From contig CAWAIF010000003.1 in NCBI GenBank assembly GCA_963782055.1, positions 3,776,001-3,840,000 on the forward strand: DNA of 64,000 nt, in the 5' to 3' direction. Under the pieces are notes generated by a model. The model was not told the origin of the DNA, did no database searches, and was given only the letters and a program-made list of their open reading frames with translations. The DNA comes from an uncultured delta proteobacterium (GTDB lineage Bacteria > Myxococcota_A > Polyangia > Polyangiales > Polyangiaceae). A program made the position numbers and the translations under genes. Shown here one piece after another: positions 52,722 through 62,198 of the stretch. The stretch's first letter is position 1; the number at the start of each line of letters is the position of its first letter.

Positions 52722-53312
52722 ATGCGACCCATCCAGCGAAACGAGATCCTCGGGCTCGGGGAGTACGAGGCCATCCGCCCGCAGTTCCGGGCGCGCGTCA
52801 TCGCGGAGAAGAAGCTCCGGCGCACCGCCCTGGGCGACCGGGCGAGCGCGCTCTTCGAGAACCGCGACACCGTGCTGATGCAGATCCAGGAGATGCTCCG
52901 CACCGAGCGCATCACCGGCGAGGCGGCGATCGCCCACGAGATCGAGACCTACAACGAGCTGATGCCCGGCGACGCCGAGCTCTCCTGCACGGTGATGCTG
53001 GAGATCGACGACAAGCCGGAGCGCGACACCTTCCTGGTCGCGGCGCGCGGCATCGAGGATCGGTTCACCGTCGTGGTGGACGGCGAGCGCTTCGCCGGCA
53101 AGACGACGCCGGAGCGGGTGCTGCCGGACCAGGCCTCCGCCATCCTCTACCTGAAGTTTCCGCTGAGCGAGGCGGCGGTGCGCGCCATCCAGGACGCGGC
53201 GAAGGGCGGGGAGCACGCGGTGGAGCTGCGCGTGGACCATCCCGTGTATTCCGCAAGCGTTGCCCTGCCCCCCCCGCTCCTCGCGAGCGTGGCCCGGGAC
53301 TTCGCCGGCTGA
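52722..53312 (+). CDS. DUF3501 family protein
   Basis: LFENRDTVLMQIQEMLRTE...YNELMP; context next to rubrerythrin. Confidence 0.85.
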   Translation: MRPIQRNEILGLGEYEAIRPQFRARVIAEKKLRRTALGDRASALFENRDTVLMQIQEMLRTERITGEAAIAHEIETYNELMPGDAELSCTVMLEIDDKPERDTFLVAARGIEDRFTVVVDGERFAGKTTPERVLPDQASAILYLKFPLSEAAVRAIQDAAKGGEHAVELRVDHPVYSASVALPPPLLASVARDFAG

Positions 53313-53719
53313 TGCACACCTACCTGCGGCCCATCCGCTTCGAGGAGGTCGACGCCGCGGGCATCGTGTTCTTCGCGCGGTTCCTCGGCTACGGCCACGA
53401 GGCGATGGAGTCCCTGCTGGGCGGGCTGGAGGGCGGCTACACCCACCTGGTGAACGTCCGGAAGATCGGCATGCCGGCGGTGCACGTGGAGTGCGACTTC
53501 CGCGCGCCGCTGCGCTTCGGCGACGTGGCGCGCGTGGAGGTGACGGTGCCGCGCGTCGGGACGAAGTCGTGCACCTACGAGTACCGCTTCGTCCGCGAGC
53601 GGGACGGCGCCGACGCGGCGAGGGTGGTCCACGTGTGCGCGGTGACGGATCTCGTCGCCTTCAAGGCGATCCCCATCCCCGAGGACGTACGGACGCTGCT
53701 CGAGCGTCACCGGGAGTGA
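53312..53719 (+). CDS. 4HBT/YbgC-type acyl-CoA thioesterase
   Basis: IRFEEVDAAGIVFFARF, DFRAPLRFGD; TGATG overlap. Confidence 0.88.
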   Translation: MHTYLRPIRFEEVDAAGIVFFARFLGYGHEAMESLLGGLEGGYTHLVNVRKIGMPAVHVECDFRAPLRFGDVARVEVTVPRVGTKSCTYEYRFVRERDGADAARVVHVCAVTDLVAFKAIPIPEDVRTLLERHRE

Positions 53720-53728
53720 CGGCGAAGC

Positions 53729-54937
53729 TCAGGCCTTCTCCGGCTCGGCGCCTTCGTCGTCGTCTTCCTTGCTCTCCGCTTCCTTCTTCTCGTCGGCGGA
53801 CGCCGGCTTCTCGTCCTCCTCGTCGGACGCTTCCTCGTCGGACTCCTCGTCCTCTTCGTCGTCGGACTCCTCGTCCTCTTCCTCGTCAGCACCGGCGGCC
53901 TTGGCGTCCGCCTTCTTCGCTGGCGCCGCCTTCGCCGGCGCCGCGGCCCTCGCCGGCGCCGCGGTCACCAGCCCGCCCTCGGTGACCTCGAGGTGGGGCC
54001 CGAGCACCTTCAGCGCGGGATCGGTCCCCTTCGCCCTGAGGTGCAGCACCAGCCCGAGCATCGCCAGGCCGAAGACGAACAGGGCGATGCACGCCCACTG
54101 CGCGGGTGTCAGGCCGCCGTAGCGCAGGTCGGCGTTGGGGCCCTCGGTGATACGCAGGAAGTCCATCGCGAAGCGCACCGGGGCGTACGCGAGCGAGGTG
54201 ACGACGACGTACGTGCCCGTCGGCACCTTCTTGCGCCAGGTCAGGGCGATGAGCGTCGCCAGCACGATGGTGAACATCAGCTCGAGCAGGCCGAGGTCGT
54301 AGCGCGGCACCTGCCCGTGCAGGAACTCGATGGGCCCGAGGTGCGTGCGCAGCCCGGTGAAGTGCTTGGCGACGTACTCCGGGCTCGCGTCGGGCGGGAA
54401 GCCGCGCGCGAAGCCCACCGCGAAGGGCGAGTCCTTGGTGGCGAGGGCGCCGGGGTGATCGTGGACCGAGGAGCACCCGGAGCGGCCGAAGGCCCACGCC
54501 ACCGGGAAGACGGAGAGGATCAGGTCGGCGAAGGGCAGGATGGGCGCCGCCTCCTTGCGCCGGTGGAAGCTGCCGATCCACCCCATCCATTGGCTGTCGG
54601 GGTACTTCGACTCGAAGTAGAAGTACTTCCACAGGACGATGCCGAGCAGCGCGCCGGTGAACCCGCCGAAGGAGCTCAACCCGCGCCAGAGCATGAGCAG
54701 CGACCACGGCTCGGCGGCGATCTCCTTCGGGTGGTAGAAGATCTCGTCGAGCATGTGGCCGCCGATGAAGCCGACCACCAGCATCCACGTGATGAAGGAG
54801 TTGAGCTGATCGAGATCGAAGCCCAGCTTGCGCGCGCGCCGCGTGGCGAGCGCGGTGCCGATGAGCACGCCGGTGGCAACGAGCAGCCCGAAGGGGTGAA
54901 CGACGCCGAGGTCCGGAACGTGGATGTAGGGGATCAT
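53729..54937 (-). CDS. lgt: Prolipoprotein diacylglyceryl transferase
   Basis: FGLLVATG, GLSSFGGF, GRSGC..HDHPG, RFAMDFLR; long acidic tail. Confidence 0.85.
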   Translation of the reverse strand: MIPYIHVPDLGVVHPFGLLVATGVLIGTALATRRARKLGFDLDQLNSFITWMLVVGFIGGHMLDEIFYHPKEIAAEPWSLLMLWRGLSSFGGFTGALLGIVLWKYFYFESKYPDSQWMGWIGSFHRRKEAAPILPFADLILSVFPVAWAFGRSGCSSVHDHPGALATKDSPFAVGFARGFPPDASPEYVAKHFTGLRTHLGPIEFLHGQVPRYDLGLLELMFTIVLATLIALTWRKKVPTGTYVVVTSLAYAPVRFAMDFLRITEGPNADLRYGGLTPAQWACIALFVFGLAMLGLVLHLRAKGTDPALKVLGPHLEVTEGGLVTAAPARAAAPAKAAPAKKADAKAAGADEEEDEESDDEEDEESDEEASDEEDEKPASADEKKEAESKEDDDEGAEPEKA

Positions 54938-54957
54938 GCGCGTGGCCGCGTTGTAGC

Positions 54958-55959
54958 TCAATTCACGTGGCGCAGTCCACGTGCCGTTCGGGCCGTTGGA
55001 TCGGCCGGAGCGACCGACGGCGTCTTTGCGATCGTCAGCGTGTCGGCGTCGCCGGGCGCGTCGCCCTGGACGACCCGCACCTCCACGCCGTCGCAACGCC
55101 GGAGGAGCAGCGCGCGGGCGTCGTCCGCCGCGCAGCGCCCGGCGGGGAAGCGCGCCTCCAGCATGCCGGAGAAGAGCTCGCGCACGTGCGCCGCGGCGCG
55201 GGCGCGGTCCGGGGGATTGTCGTCGTGGATCGGTTGCAGGGTCTCGATCTCCGTCCAGCGCTCGAACAATCCAGGACCCCGAAGGCTTCCCCGAACGACG
55301 ACGCCGTCCTGCTCGCGAACCTGAAGTGTCCAGGCGACGCTGCGCGAGACCGGGCCCGTCGTGGCCCGCACGACGAAGGCGCGACGCTCGTCCACCCGCG
55401 GGGGCACGGCGCCCCAGGTGGAGGCGACCGGACCCACGAGGAGACGCAGCAGGTCCGGCGACGCGGCGACGGGGCGGCCGAGCGTGCCCGGCTCGAGGAG
55501 CACCGCGGCCGCCTCGCGGAGCGCCTCTCCCGCGCGCCGCCGCCCTTCCTGCTCGCGGTCGAGCCGCTCGCCCGTCTGCTTCGCCGCCTCGAGCATCCGC
55601 CGCGTCTCCTCGTCGCCCTTGCAATCGTCGAAGGTGCGCACCAGCACCAGCGCCTGAGGGACGTGCGGCCCGCGCGGCAGCGTCGCCAGGTACTCGATCG
55701 CCTGCGCGCGCGTCGCGGTGCACGCCTGGTAGTACGCGGGCTCCTCCGCGGCGAAGGCGGCGCGAACCTCGCCGGCGAAGGCGCCGCGCGGGTGGCGCTG
55801 CAGGTACGCCGTCGCGGCCGCCAGCCTGGGCCCCTCCCCCGCCGCCAGGCGGAAGGCGCGGTAATCGGTGTAGTCACCATCTTCTGCAAGCAGGGGCCGG
55901 AAGGTGGCGCACGCAGACACCCCGAGCGCGAGGACCAGGAGCACTCCCCGCGCCCTCAT
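54958..55959 (-). CDS. Hypothetical lipoprotein
   Basis: VSAC lipobox; YLQRHPRGAF and YLATLPRGPH repeats; ATGA overlap. Confidence 0.68.
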   Translation of the reverse strand: MRARGVLLVLALGVSACATFRPLLAEDGDYTDYRAFRLAAGEGPRLAAATAYLQRHPRGAFAGEVRAAFAAEEPAYYQACTATRAQAIEYLATLPRGPHVPQALVLVRTFDDCKGDEETRRMLEAAKQTGERLDREQEGRRRAGEALREAAAVLLEPGTLGRPVAASPDLLRLLVGPVASTWGAVPPRVDERRAFVVRATTGPVSRSVAWTLQVREQDGVVVRGSLRGPGLFERWTEIETLQPIHDDNPPDRARAAAHVRELFSGMLEARFPAGRCAADDARALLLRRCDGVEVRVVQGDAPGDADTLTIAKTPSVAPADPTARTARGLRHVN

Positions 55960-56354
55960 TCGGTGCCCCCGTCGGGGCCGAGACAGAACTGGCACTCGGT
56001 GGGGACCAGGCGCGTCTGGTCGTCGACGTAGCGCGCGTAGTCGCCGCACGAGGCGGCCAGGAGCGCGTCCAGACAGACGACGCCATCGTGGTAGAGCGGC
56101 GCGCAGCCCGGCGGGTAGCCCACGTCGCTGGGCGCGCTGGGATCGCACGCGGCCTGGCAGCGCGCGGTGCCGAGGCCGCACTCGTCGCAGCGCTGGCAGT
56201 CCACCGTCTTGCGCGCGCGAGCGAAGCGCGCCTCGTCCAGCGGCTGCGCGTCGGCGCCGCAGCCGCCCACGTCGCCCACCGTCGGACCGGCGCCGAAGAA
56301 GAGGGCCAGCGCAGCCGCCAGCACCAGCTCCCGCCTGCGGTTTCGGCGCGTCAC
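55956..56354 (-). CDS. Cys-rich secreted protein
   Basis: Arg-rich/hydrophobic leader, 11 Cys; GTGA overlap. Confidence 0.68.
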   Translation of the reverse strand: MTRRNRRRELVLAAALALFFGAGPTVGDVGGCGADAQPLDEARFARARKTVDCQRCDECGLGTARCQAACDPSAPSDVGYPPGCAPLYHDGVVCLDALLAASCGDYARYVDDQTRLVPTECQFCLGPDGGTE

Positions 56355-56959
56355 GGGAGCACCTCGTAGGCGAGCACGATCCCGAGCTGAGCGCCCAGCA
56401 CCGGGTACGCCGCGGCGGACACCTCGCGGGTGCCGGCGCCGTAGAAGAGATCGCCCACCAGCTCCGCCGCCAGCCCCAGCCCGGCGCGCACGAACCACAC
56501 GCCGCCCACCGCGCCCTCCAGGCCCCAGGTGACGTCGGGCGTCAGCACGATGGGCGTGCCGGCGCGCCCGTACACCGCGAGGTGCACGAAGCGCTTCTCC
56601 AGCACGTAGGACGGCGTGAGCACCGCCTGCGGCACGCCCTCCATCGCGAAGCTGACGCGCAGGGCGAAGCCGTGCAACAGCTTGCGCGGATCGCCCAGCA
56701 TGGCCTGCGCGCCCACGTCCAGGTAGGCCGCGGTGCGCGACACCGACTCGGCGTCGGGCCCCAGCACCGTGGCGAGGCGGTACGGATCGTTGAAGCGCAG
56801 GCCATCGCCCACGAAGGCGGTCGCGTGCAGGGTGAGCGGCGGGAAGGGATGCGGGGCGGCAGAGGGCTCGGCCGCGGTGGACGGTGGCTCCTCGGCGCGC
56901 GCGGCGCCGGACGCGGCGAGCAGGGACAGCGTCAGCGCGGCGCCGGCGACGCGCGTCAC
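56351..56959 (-). CDS. Small outer-membrane beta-barrel-like protein
   Basis: Signal peptide ending ARA, alternating amphipathic strands. Confidence 0.6.
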   Translation of the reverse strand: MTRVAGAALTLSLLAASGAARAEEPPSTAAEPSAAPHPFPPLTLHATAFVGDGLRFNDPYRLATVLGPDAESVSRTAAYLDVGAQAMLGDPRKLLHGFALRVSFAMEGVPQAVLTPSYVLEKRFVHLAVYGRAGTPIVLTPDVTWGLEGAVGGVWFVRAGLGLAAELVGDLFYGAGTREVSAAAYPVLGAQLGIVLAYEVLP

Positions 56960-58131
56960 CCGCGGTGCGTCCGGACTTTGGGTTTGGCCCCGAGCAGGGC
57001 GAGCTGCCCGCAGGCGGCGCTCACGTCGTCGCCGCGGCGACGCCGGATGAAGCAGGAGTAGCCGGCGTCGCAGAGCACCTTCTGGAAGTCGAGCACACCG
57101 GAGAGATCCGGCGGGCCCAGGGCGCTGGTGGCGATGGGGTTCATGGGGATCAGGTTGATCTTCACCGGGATGCCGCGCAGCAGGCGCGCGAGCTTCTTCG
57201 CCTCGCGGGCGTCGTCGTTCTTGCCGGCGACGAGGGTGTACTCGATGGTGATGCGGCGGCGGCGCGGGAGCGGATACGCCCGCAGCGCGTCCATCAGCCG
57301 CGCGAGGGGGTACTTGCGGTTGATGGGCATCAGCCGCGAGCGCGTCTCGTCATCGGCGGCGTGGAGCGAGATGGCCAGCCCCACGTTGCCGCCGAAGTCC
57401 TCCCCGAGGCGGGCGATCTCCGGCACCAGGCCGCTCGTCGAGACCGTCACGCGGCGGCTGGAGAGGCCGATGCCCTCGGCGTGGGTGAGCAGTCGCAGCG
57501 AGCGGGCGGTGGCCTCGTAGTTGTGCAGCGGCTCTCCCATGCCCATGTACACGACGTTGCGGAGCTGCTCGCCCTCGTCCAGGCGGGCGCGGCCGACGAG
57601 CACCTGCGCGACAATCTCGTCCGGGCCGAGGTGGCGCTTGAAGCCGGCGACGCCGCTGGCGCAGAAGACGCAGCCCTGGGCGCAGCCGACCTGCGTGGAG
57701 ATGCACTGGGTGACGCGGACCGGGCCCTCCGGGCGCGCCTCGTCCTCCTCTTCGTCCGGCGCCGCCGCGGCGTCGGCGTCCTCGAAGGCGCCCTCCTCCC
57801 CGGGCACCGGGCTCGGCAGCTCACCCTTGCGCCCGCTCACGCCGGGGATGAGCACGGTCTCCACGGTCGCGCCGTCGTGGAGGGTCACCAGCAGCTTGCG
57901 CGTGTTGTCTGTCGACCGCCGCTCGGCCGACACCGACGCGCGCGGCGCGAGCCCCTCCTCCACCAGCGCGGCACGCAGCGGCGCCGGCAGATCGCTCATG
58001 TGCTGCGGCTCGGTCACGCCGCGCGCCTGGATCCAGCGGAAGACCTGCTTGCCGTGGAACGCCCGCCCGCCGAGGCCGACGACGGCGCGCGACCACTCCT
58101 CGGGCGTGCGCGCGAGCGGAGGCGGAAGCAT
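56956..58131 (-). CDS. rlmN: Radical SAM RNA methyltransferase RlmN
   Basis: ETVLIP, CISTQVGCAQGCVFC, MGMGEP, ISLHA, AACGQL. Confidence 0.95.
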   Translation of the reverse strand: MLPPPLARTPEEWSRAVVGLGGRAFHGKQVFRWIQARGVTEPQHMSDLPAPLRAALVEEGLAPRASVSAERRSTDNTRKLLVTLHDGATVETVLIPGVSGRKGELPSPVPGEEGAFEDADAAAAPDEEEDEARPEGPVRVTQCISTQVGCAQGCVFCASGVAGFKRHLGPDEIVAQVLVGRARLDEGEQLRNVVYMGMGEPLHNYEATARSLRLLTHAEGIGLSSRRVTVSTSGLVPEIARLGEDFGGNVGLAISLHAADDETRSRLMPINRKYPLARLMDALRAYPLPRRRRITIEYTLVAGKNDDAREAKKLARLLRGIPVKINLIPMNPIATSALGPPDLSGVLDFQKVLCDAGYSCFIRRRRGDDVSAACGQLALLGAKPKVRTHRG

Positions 58132-58185
58132 GAGAGCAGATGTAATCCAAGGCGCCCCGCACCGCCACGCCGGAAGAGGCGGCGC

Positions 58186-61100
58186 TCACGGCACGCGGGT
58201 GATGCGGCCGGTGGCCTCCCGGAGGCGGCGGACGAGCACGCGCAGCACCCGCTCCTGGATCTGCGGGCGCCGCGCCATCAGCTCGCGGAAATCGGCGCCG
58301 TGCAGGCGGAGCAGCGAACAGTCCTCTGCCGCCACCGCGTCCGCGCTGCGGGGCTCGTCGTCGAGCAGGGCGAGCTCGCCGAAGAAGTCGCCGGCGTCGG
58401 CGGCGGACACCTCGACCGCGCCGTCGCGGATGGAGACGACGCCGCGCCGCACGATGTACAGGTCGGCCCCCGGATCGCCCTTGTGAAAGACGACGTCGCC
58501 GGAGAGGACCTCCACGCCGGAGAGCATCTCCGCCACACGCCTGAGCTCCGGGCCGGGCATCTCCTCGAAGAGCGGGACGGTGCGCAGGAAGGCCATGCGC
58601 TCGAAGAGGGGGATCAGGCGGGCATGCTCCTCGTACGCCCTCGGGAACCGCTCCCGGAAGCGATCTCCGTATACCAGCATCGCGTGGCCGAGGAGCGCCT
58701 GATCCCCGAGCTCCAGGATGGCGCCGAGCGGATCGCGCTCCACCTGCGAGACGCCATCGGCGAACTGCCGCGCCATCTCCGCGCGCTCGCGAAGGGAGAG
58801 GCGCTCGAAGAGGGGCACCACGCGCCTGGCCAGGTCGCGCCCCAGCGTGGCGTCCACCAGCTCGGCGATGCGGGCATCCACCTCCGCGCTGGAGCGCCGC
58901 AGCCCCACCTCCACCGCCGAGGCGAGGCGATGCCTGCCGGTGAGCGCGAGCAGGTGCAGGACGCGCTCGCGCACCGACTGGATCTCCAGCTCCACCTCGC
59001 GGCCGAGCGCGTCGTAGGGGGCGTCCACCTTCCAGTCGGGGATGCCGTCGTCCTTCGCGAGGCCGGCGAGCACGGCGTACAGCCGGTAGGCCGCCGCCAG
59101 CTCGCGATCGAGGAGCGGGGCGATCTCCTCCTCCGCGGGGCGCGGCACGTCCCCGCGCGCGACGGCGTACGCCAGCGAGCGCACGGCGCGGTCGCGCACC
59201 TCGGCGTCGCGGTGGTCGAGGAGCTGGTGGAGCAGCGGCCCGCCCGCCACGCCGCTCAGCGCGGAGGCGACGTGGCGCATGCTCTCGGGCGGCGCGCTGT
59301 CGACCTGCTCGCGCACGAAGCGCAGCGCCTCGTCCCCCCACTCGACGAAGCGGGACGCCACCTGCGGGCCGAGCGGCGTGCCCAGCAGCGCCGCCGCCTG
59401 GGGAAGGACCTCCACCGCGCCCAGGTGCGCGGCGGCGTCGATGGCGGCCAGACGGCACTCCGCCGAGCGCTGCGGCGCCAGGAGCACCGCGCGCAGGGCG
59501 CGGACGGCCTCGTCCCGCGCCGGCCCTCGCACCTCCCGGCGCGTGAGCCACTCCAGCGCCGCCAGCACCACGTCGTCGTCGGGGTCCAGAAGGAGCGCCG
59601 CGGCGTCGAGCGCCTCGTCGGCCTCCTGCGCGTCCACCGCCGCCAGCGCGACGCGCGCCGCGCCGCGCGGGGCCGGCGCGCCCGCGCGCACGAGCTCCTC
59701 GAGCGCCGCGCGGACGTCGGGCGGCGCCACCCCCACCACCGCCACCGCGTGCGCGGCCAGGACGCGACACGTCTCGTCGGGGTCCGACGCCAGCACCGGC
59801 GCCAGGCGCGGCACCTCCCGCGCCAGCGCGTGACGTCCCATCGCTCGCAGCGCCGACGCGCGCACGGTGGCGACCGGGCTGGCGAGGGCCGCCTCGATCA
59901 CGCCCGCGGCGGGCGGCTCCCCGCTCTCGCAGAGCAGCTCGGCGGCCAGACCGGCGCGCCGCTCGTCGCTGGAGCCCAGCTCGGCGAGGAGCGCCCGGCG
60001 CGTGTCGGCGTCCATCGAGGCAGGGGCCTGCTCGTCGATGTCCAGGGTGCGCTCGTCGATCGCCCGCCGGAGCGCGTCGCGATACGCCCGCCGCACCGAG
60101 CGCCCGCAAAGCGCGCCCATGAGCACGACGCCGCCGAGGGTGGCGGCGGCGAGCACGCGGAAGCTCGGCGCCGGCAAGAACGCGATGACCGCCGCGCTGA
60201 CGGCGTACGCCGCCGGCGCGAGGACTCCCCGGACGAGCGCGCGCGACTGGACGCGCTCGATGGGCGGGATGGGCGTCTGCGTCTGCTCGGCGGCGGCGCC
60301 CCAGAGCGACTGCTTGAGGACGCGGTCGACGCCGCGCAGGGCGACGGCCATGCCGAAGCCAGGAAAGATCAGCGCGAGCACCGCCGCGCCGACGGTGAGC
60401 ACCGGGGTCAAGAGCAGCGCGCGCGAGGTCCCCAGCGTGAGCAGGAGCCGCCCGGAGAAGAGCACCAGGAAGACGAGCGTGATGGCGCTGGTCGCGCCGT
60501 AGTAGCGGCCGAAGAAGGCGGCGCAGGAGGACTCGGTGGCGTAGCGCTCGTGCGCCGCGGTCATCAGGAGCAGGTCCATGAACTGCTCGGTGAGCAGGGC
60601 GAGGATGGAGAGCGCGCCCATCACGCGCAGCAGGGGGACCTCGCGCAGGAAGGCGAACGCGCTCCGCCACTCCTGCAGCACCGCCGAGCGGCGCCGCGGC
60701 CCGTGGGAGGACGCCTGCAGATCGCGGGCACCCACCACGCCGACCAGCACGAAGGCGACGCCCAGCGCCCCGGGGGCGATGAGCAGGAGCGCGGGCGTGC
60801 CCAGCCGATGCGCGATCGCCGGGACCAGCAGGCCGAACAGCGTCCACGCGAGCGTCGCCCCCACGCCGGCCATGGGCAGCAAGCGCTTGGCGCTGCGCGG
60901 GGTGGTGGCCTGCGACACCACCGCCCAGGTCTGGATGAGGAGCACGCCGGCGATGGTCTCCACCGCGACGTAGAGGATGAAGGGGGCGCCGGGCATCCCG
61001 GCGGCGAGCATCCCGCGCAGGCCGAGGATCACCGCCGCGCAGACGCCGAGGGAGGCCATCGCCAGGCGCGCGGCCCCGAGCCGCGCCGCCAGGGGCACGG

Positions 61101-61335
61101 TGGCGAGCGAGGCGGTGGAGAGCACCAGCGCGGAGGCCAGGAAGGCGAAGGGGATCATCGAGCGCGGGTAGGCGAGCAGGAAGATCCCGTTCTGCGCCGA
61201 CTTGAGCATGACCAGCGCGGCGGAGACGGCGAAGACGAGCGCCAGCAGGCGCACGGCGCGCGCGAGCTCTCCCTCGCCCAGCCCGAGCGCCCGCGCGACG
61301 CGGTCGTCCGCCCGGGTCTGCGCCGCCGCCGTCAC
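58186..61335 (-). CDS. NTT/TLC-like membrane transporter + HEAT repeats + cNMP-binding domain
   Basis: About 12 TMs with TPRSAKRL, HEAT-like helical repeats, FLRTVPLF...FFGELALL...PRSA. Confidence 0.82.
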   Translation of the reverse strand: MTAAAQTRADDRVARALGLGEGELARAVRLLALVFAVSAALVMLKSAQNGIFLLAYPRSMIPFAFLASALVLSTASLATVPLAARLGAARLAMASLGVCAAVILGLRGMLAAGMPGAPFILYVAVETIAGVLLIQTWAVVSQATTPRSAKRLLPMAGVGATLAWTLFGLLVPAIAHRLGTPALLLIAPGALGVAFVLVGVVGARDLQASSHGPRRRSAVLQEWRSAFAFLREVPLLRVMGALSILALLTEQFMDLLLMTAAHERYATESSCAAFFGRYYGATSAITLVFLVLFSGRLLLTLGTSRALLLTPVLTVGAAVLALIFPGFGMAVALRGVDRVLKQSLWGAAAEQTQTPIPPIERVQSRALVRGVLAPAAYAVSAAVIAFLPAPSFRVLAAATLGGVVLMGALCGRSVRRAYRDALRRAIDERTLDIDEQAPASMDADTRRALLAELGSSDERRAGLAAELLCESGEPPAAGVIEAALASPVATVRASALRAMGRHALAREVPRLAPVLASDPDETCRVLAAHAVAVVGVAPPDVRAALEELVRAGAPAPRGAARVALAAVDAQEADEALDAAALLLDPDDDVVLAALEWLTRREVRGPARDEAVRALRAVLLAPQRSAECRLAAIDAAAHLGAVEVLPQAAALLGTPLGPQVASRFVEWGDEALRFVREQVDSAPPESMRHVASALSGVAGGPLLHQLLDHRDAEVRDRAVRSLAYAVARGDVPRPAEEEIAPLLDRELAAAYRLYAVLAGLAKDDGIPDWKVDAPYDALGREVELEIQSVRERVLHLLALTGRHRLASAVEVGLRRSSAEVDARIAELVDATLGRDLARRVVPLFERLSLRERAEMARQFADGVSQVERDPLGAILELGDQALLGHAMLVYGDRFRERFPRAYEEHARLIPLFERMAFLRTVPLFEEMPGPELRRVAEMLSGVEVLSGDVVFHKGDPGADLYIVRRGVVSIRDGAVEVSAADAGDFFGELALLDDEPRSADAVAAEDCSLLRLHGADFRELMARRPQIQERVLRVLVRRLREATGRITRVP

Positions 61336-61349
61336 GTCGAGAGCCTACC

Positions 61350-62198
61350 TCACTTGCGCTCGGCCTTCTTCGCCTCTTCCCAGTAGCCGTCCAGCGTCTC
61401 GAGCGGGAGGTGCCGCTCGCCGGGATCGCCCCAGCCACCATGCTCCTCCGCCACGCGCTTCTCGACGTGCGCGAAGCGCCGGGTGAACTTGTCGATGGTC
61501 CGCCGCAGCGCCACCTCGGCGTCGACGCCGGCGTGCCGCGAGAGGTTGACCAGCGCGAAGAGGGTGTCGCCGAGCTCCTCCTCGATCGCCGAGGCGTCGC
61601 CGTCCGCCACCGCGCGCTCCAGCTCCCCGAGCTCCTCGTGGACCTTGGCCTGCGAGCCGCGCGCGTCCTCCCAGTCGAAGCCGACGCGCGCCACCTTCTC
61701 GCCGATGCGCTGCGCACGCTCCAGCGCGGGGAGGCTGCGCGGCACGCCGGCGAGCAGCCCCCTGCCCTGCTTCTCCTTGGCCTTGAGCTTCTCCCAGTTG
61801 CGCAAGACCTCGTCGGCGTCCTTGGCCGAGAGGTCGCCGAAGACGTGCGGGTGACGGGAGACGAGCTTGTGGATGATGCCCTCGACGACGTCGTCGATGG
61901 CGAAGCTCCCCTCGGCGCGGGCGAGCTCCGCCTGGAAGACGACCTGGAGGAGGAGGTCCCCGAGCTCCTCGCGCAGGGCGCCGCGGTCGCCGCCCTCGAT
62001 GGCGTCGATGACCTCGCACGCCTCCTCCAGCACGTAGCGGCGGAGGGACTCGAAGGTCTGCTCGCGGTCCCACGGGCAGCCTCCGGGCGCGAGCAGCCGG
62101 CGCATCACCCCGACGAGGCGGGAGAGGGTGGTGCCGTCCTGGGCGTCGATGGCGGGGACGGGGCGCGGCGCGTCCTCGTCGAATCGCGGCAAGGTCAC
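61350..62198 (-). CDS. mazG: Nucleoside triphosphate pyrophosphohydrolase
   Basis: GCPWDREQT, EELGDLL, RHPHVF, GFDW, EELGD. Confidence 0.95.
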   Translation of the reverse strand: MTLPRFDEDAPRPVPAIDAQDGTTLSRLVGVMRRLLAPGGCPWDREQTFESLRRYVLEEACEVIDAIEGGDRGALREELGDLLLQVVFQAELARAEGSFAIDDVVEGIIHKLVSRHPHVFGDLSAKDADEVLRNWEKLKAKEKQGRGLLAGVPRSLPALERAQRIGEKVARVGFDWEDARGSQAKVHEELGELERAVADGDASAIEEELGDTLFALVNLSRHAGVDAEVALRRTIDKFTRRFAHVEKRVAEEHGGWGDPGERHLPLETLDGYWEEAKKAERK

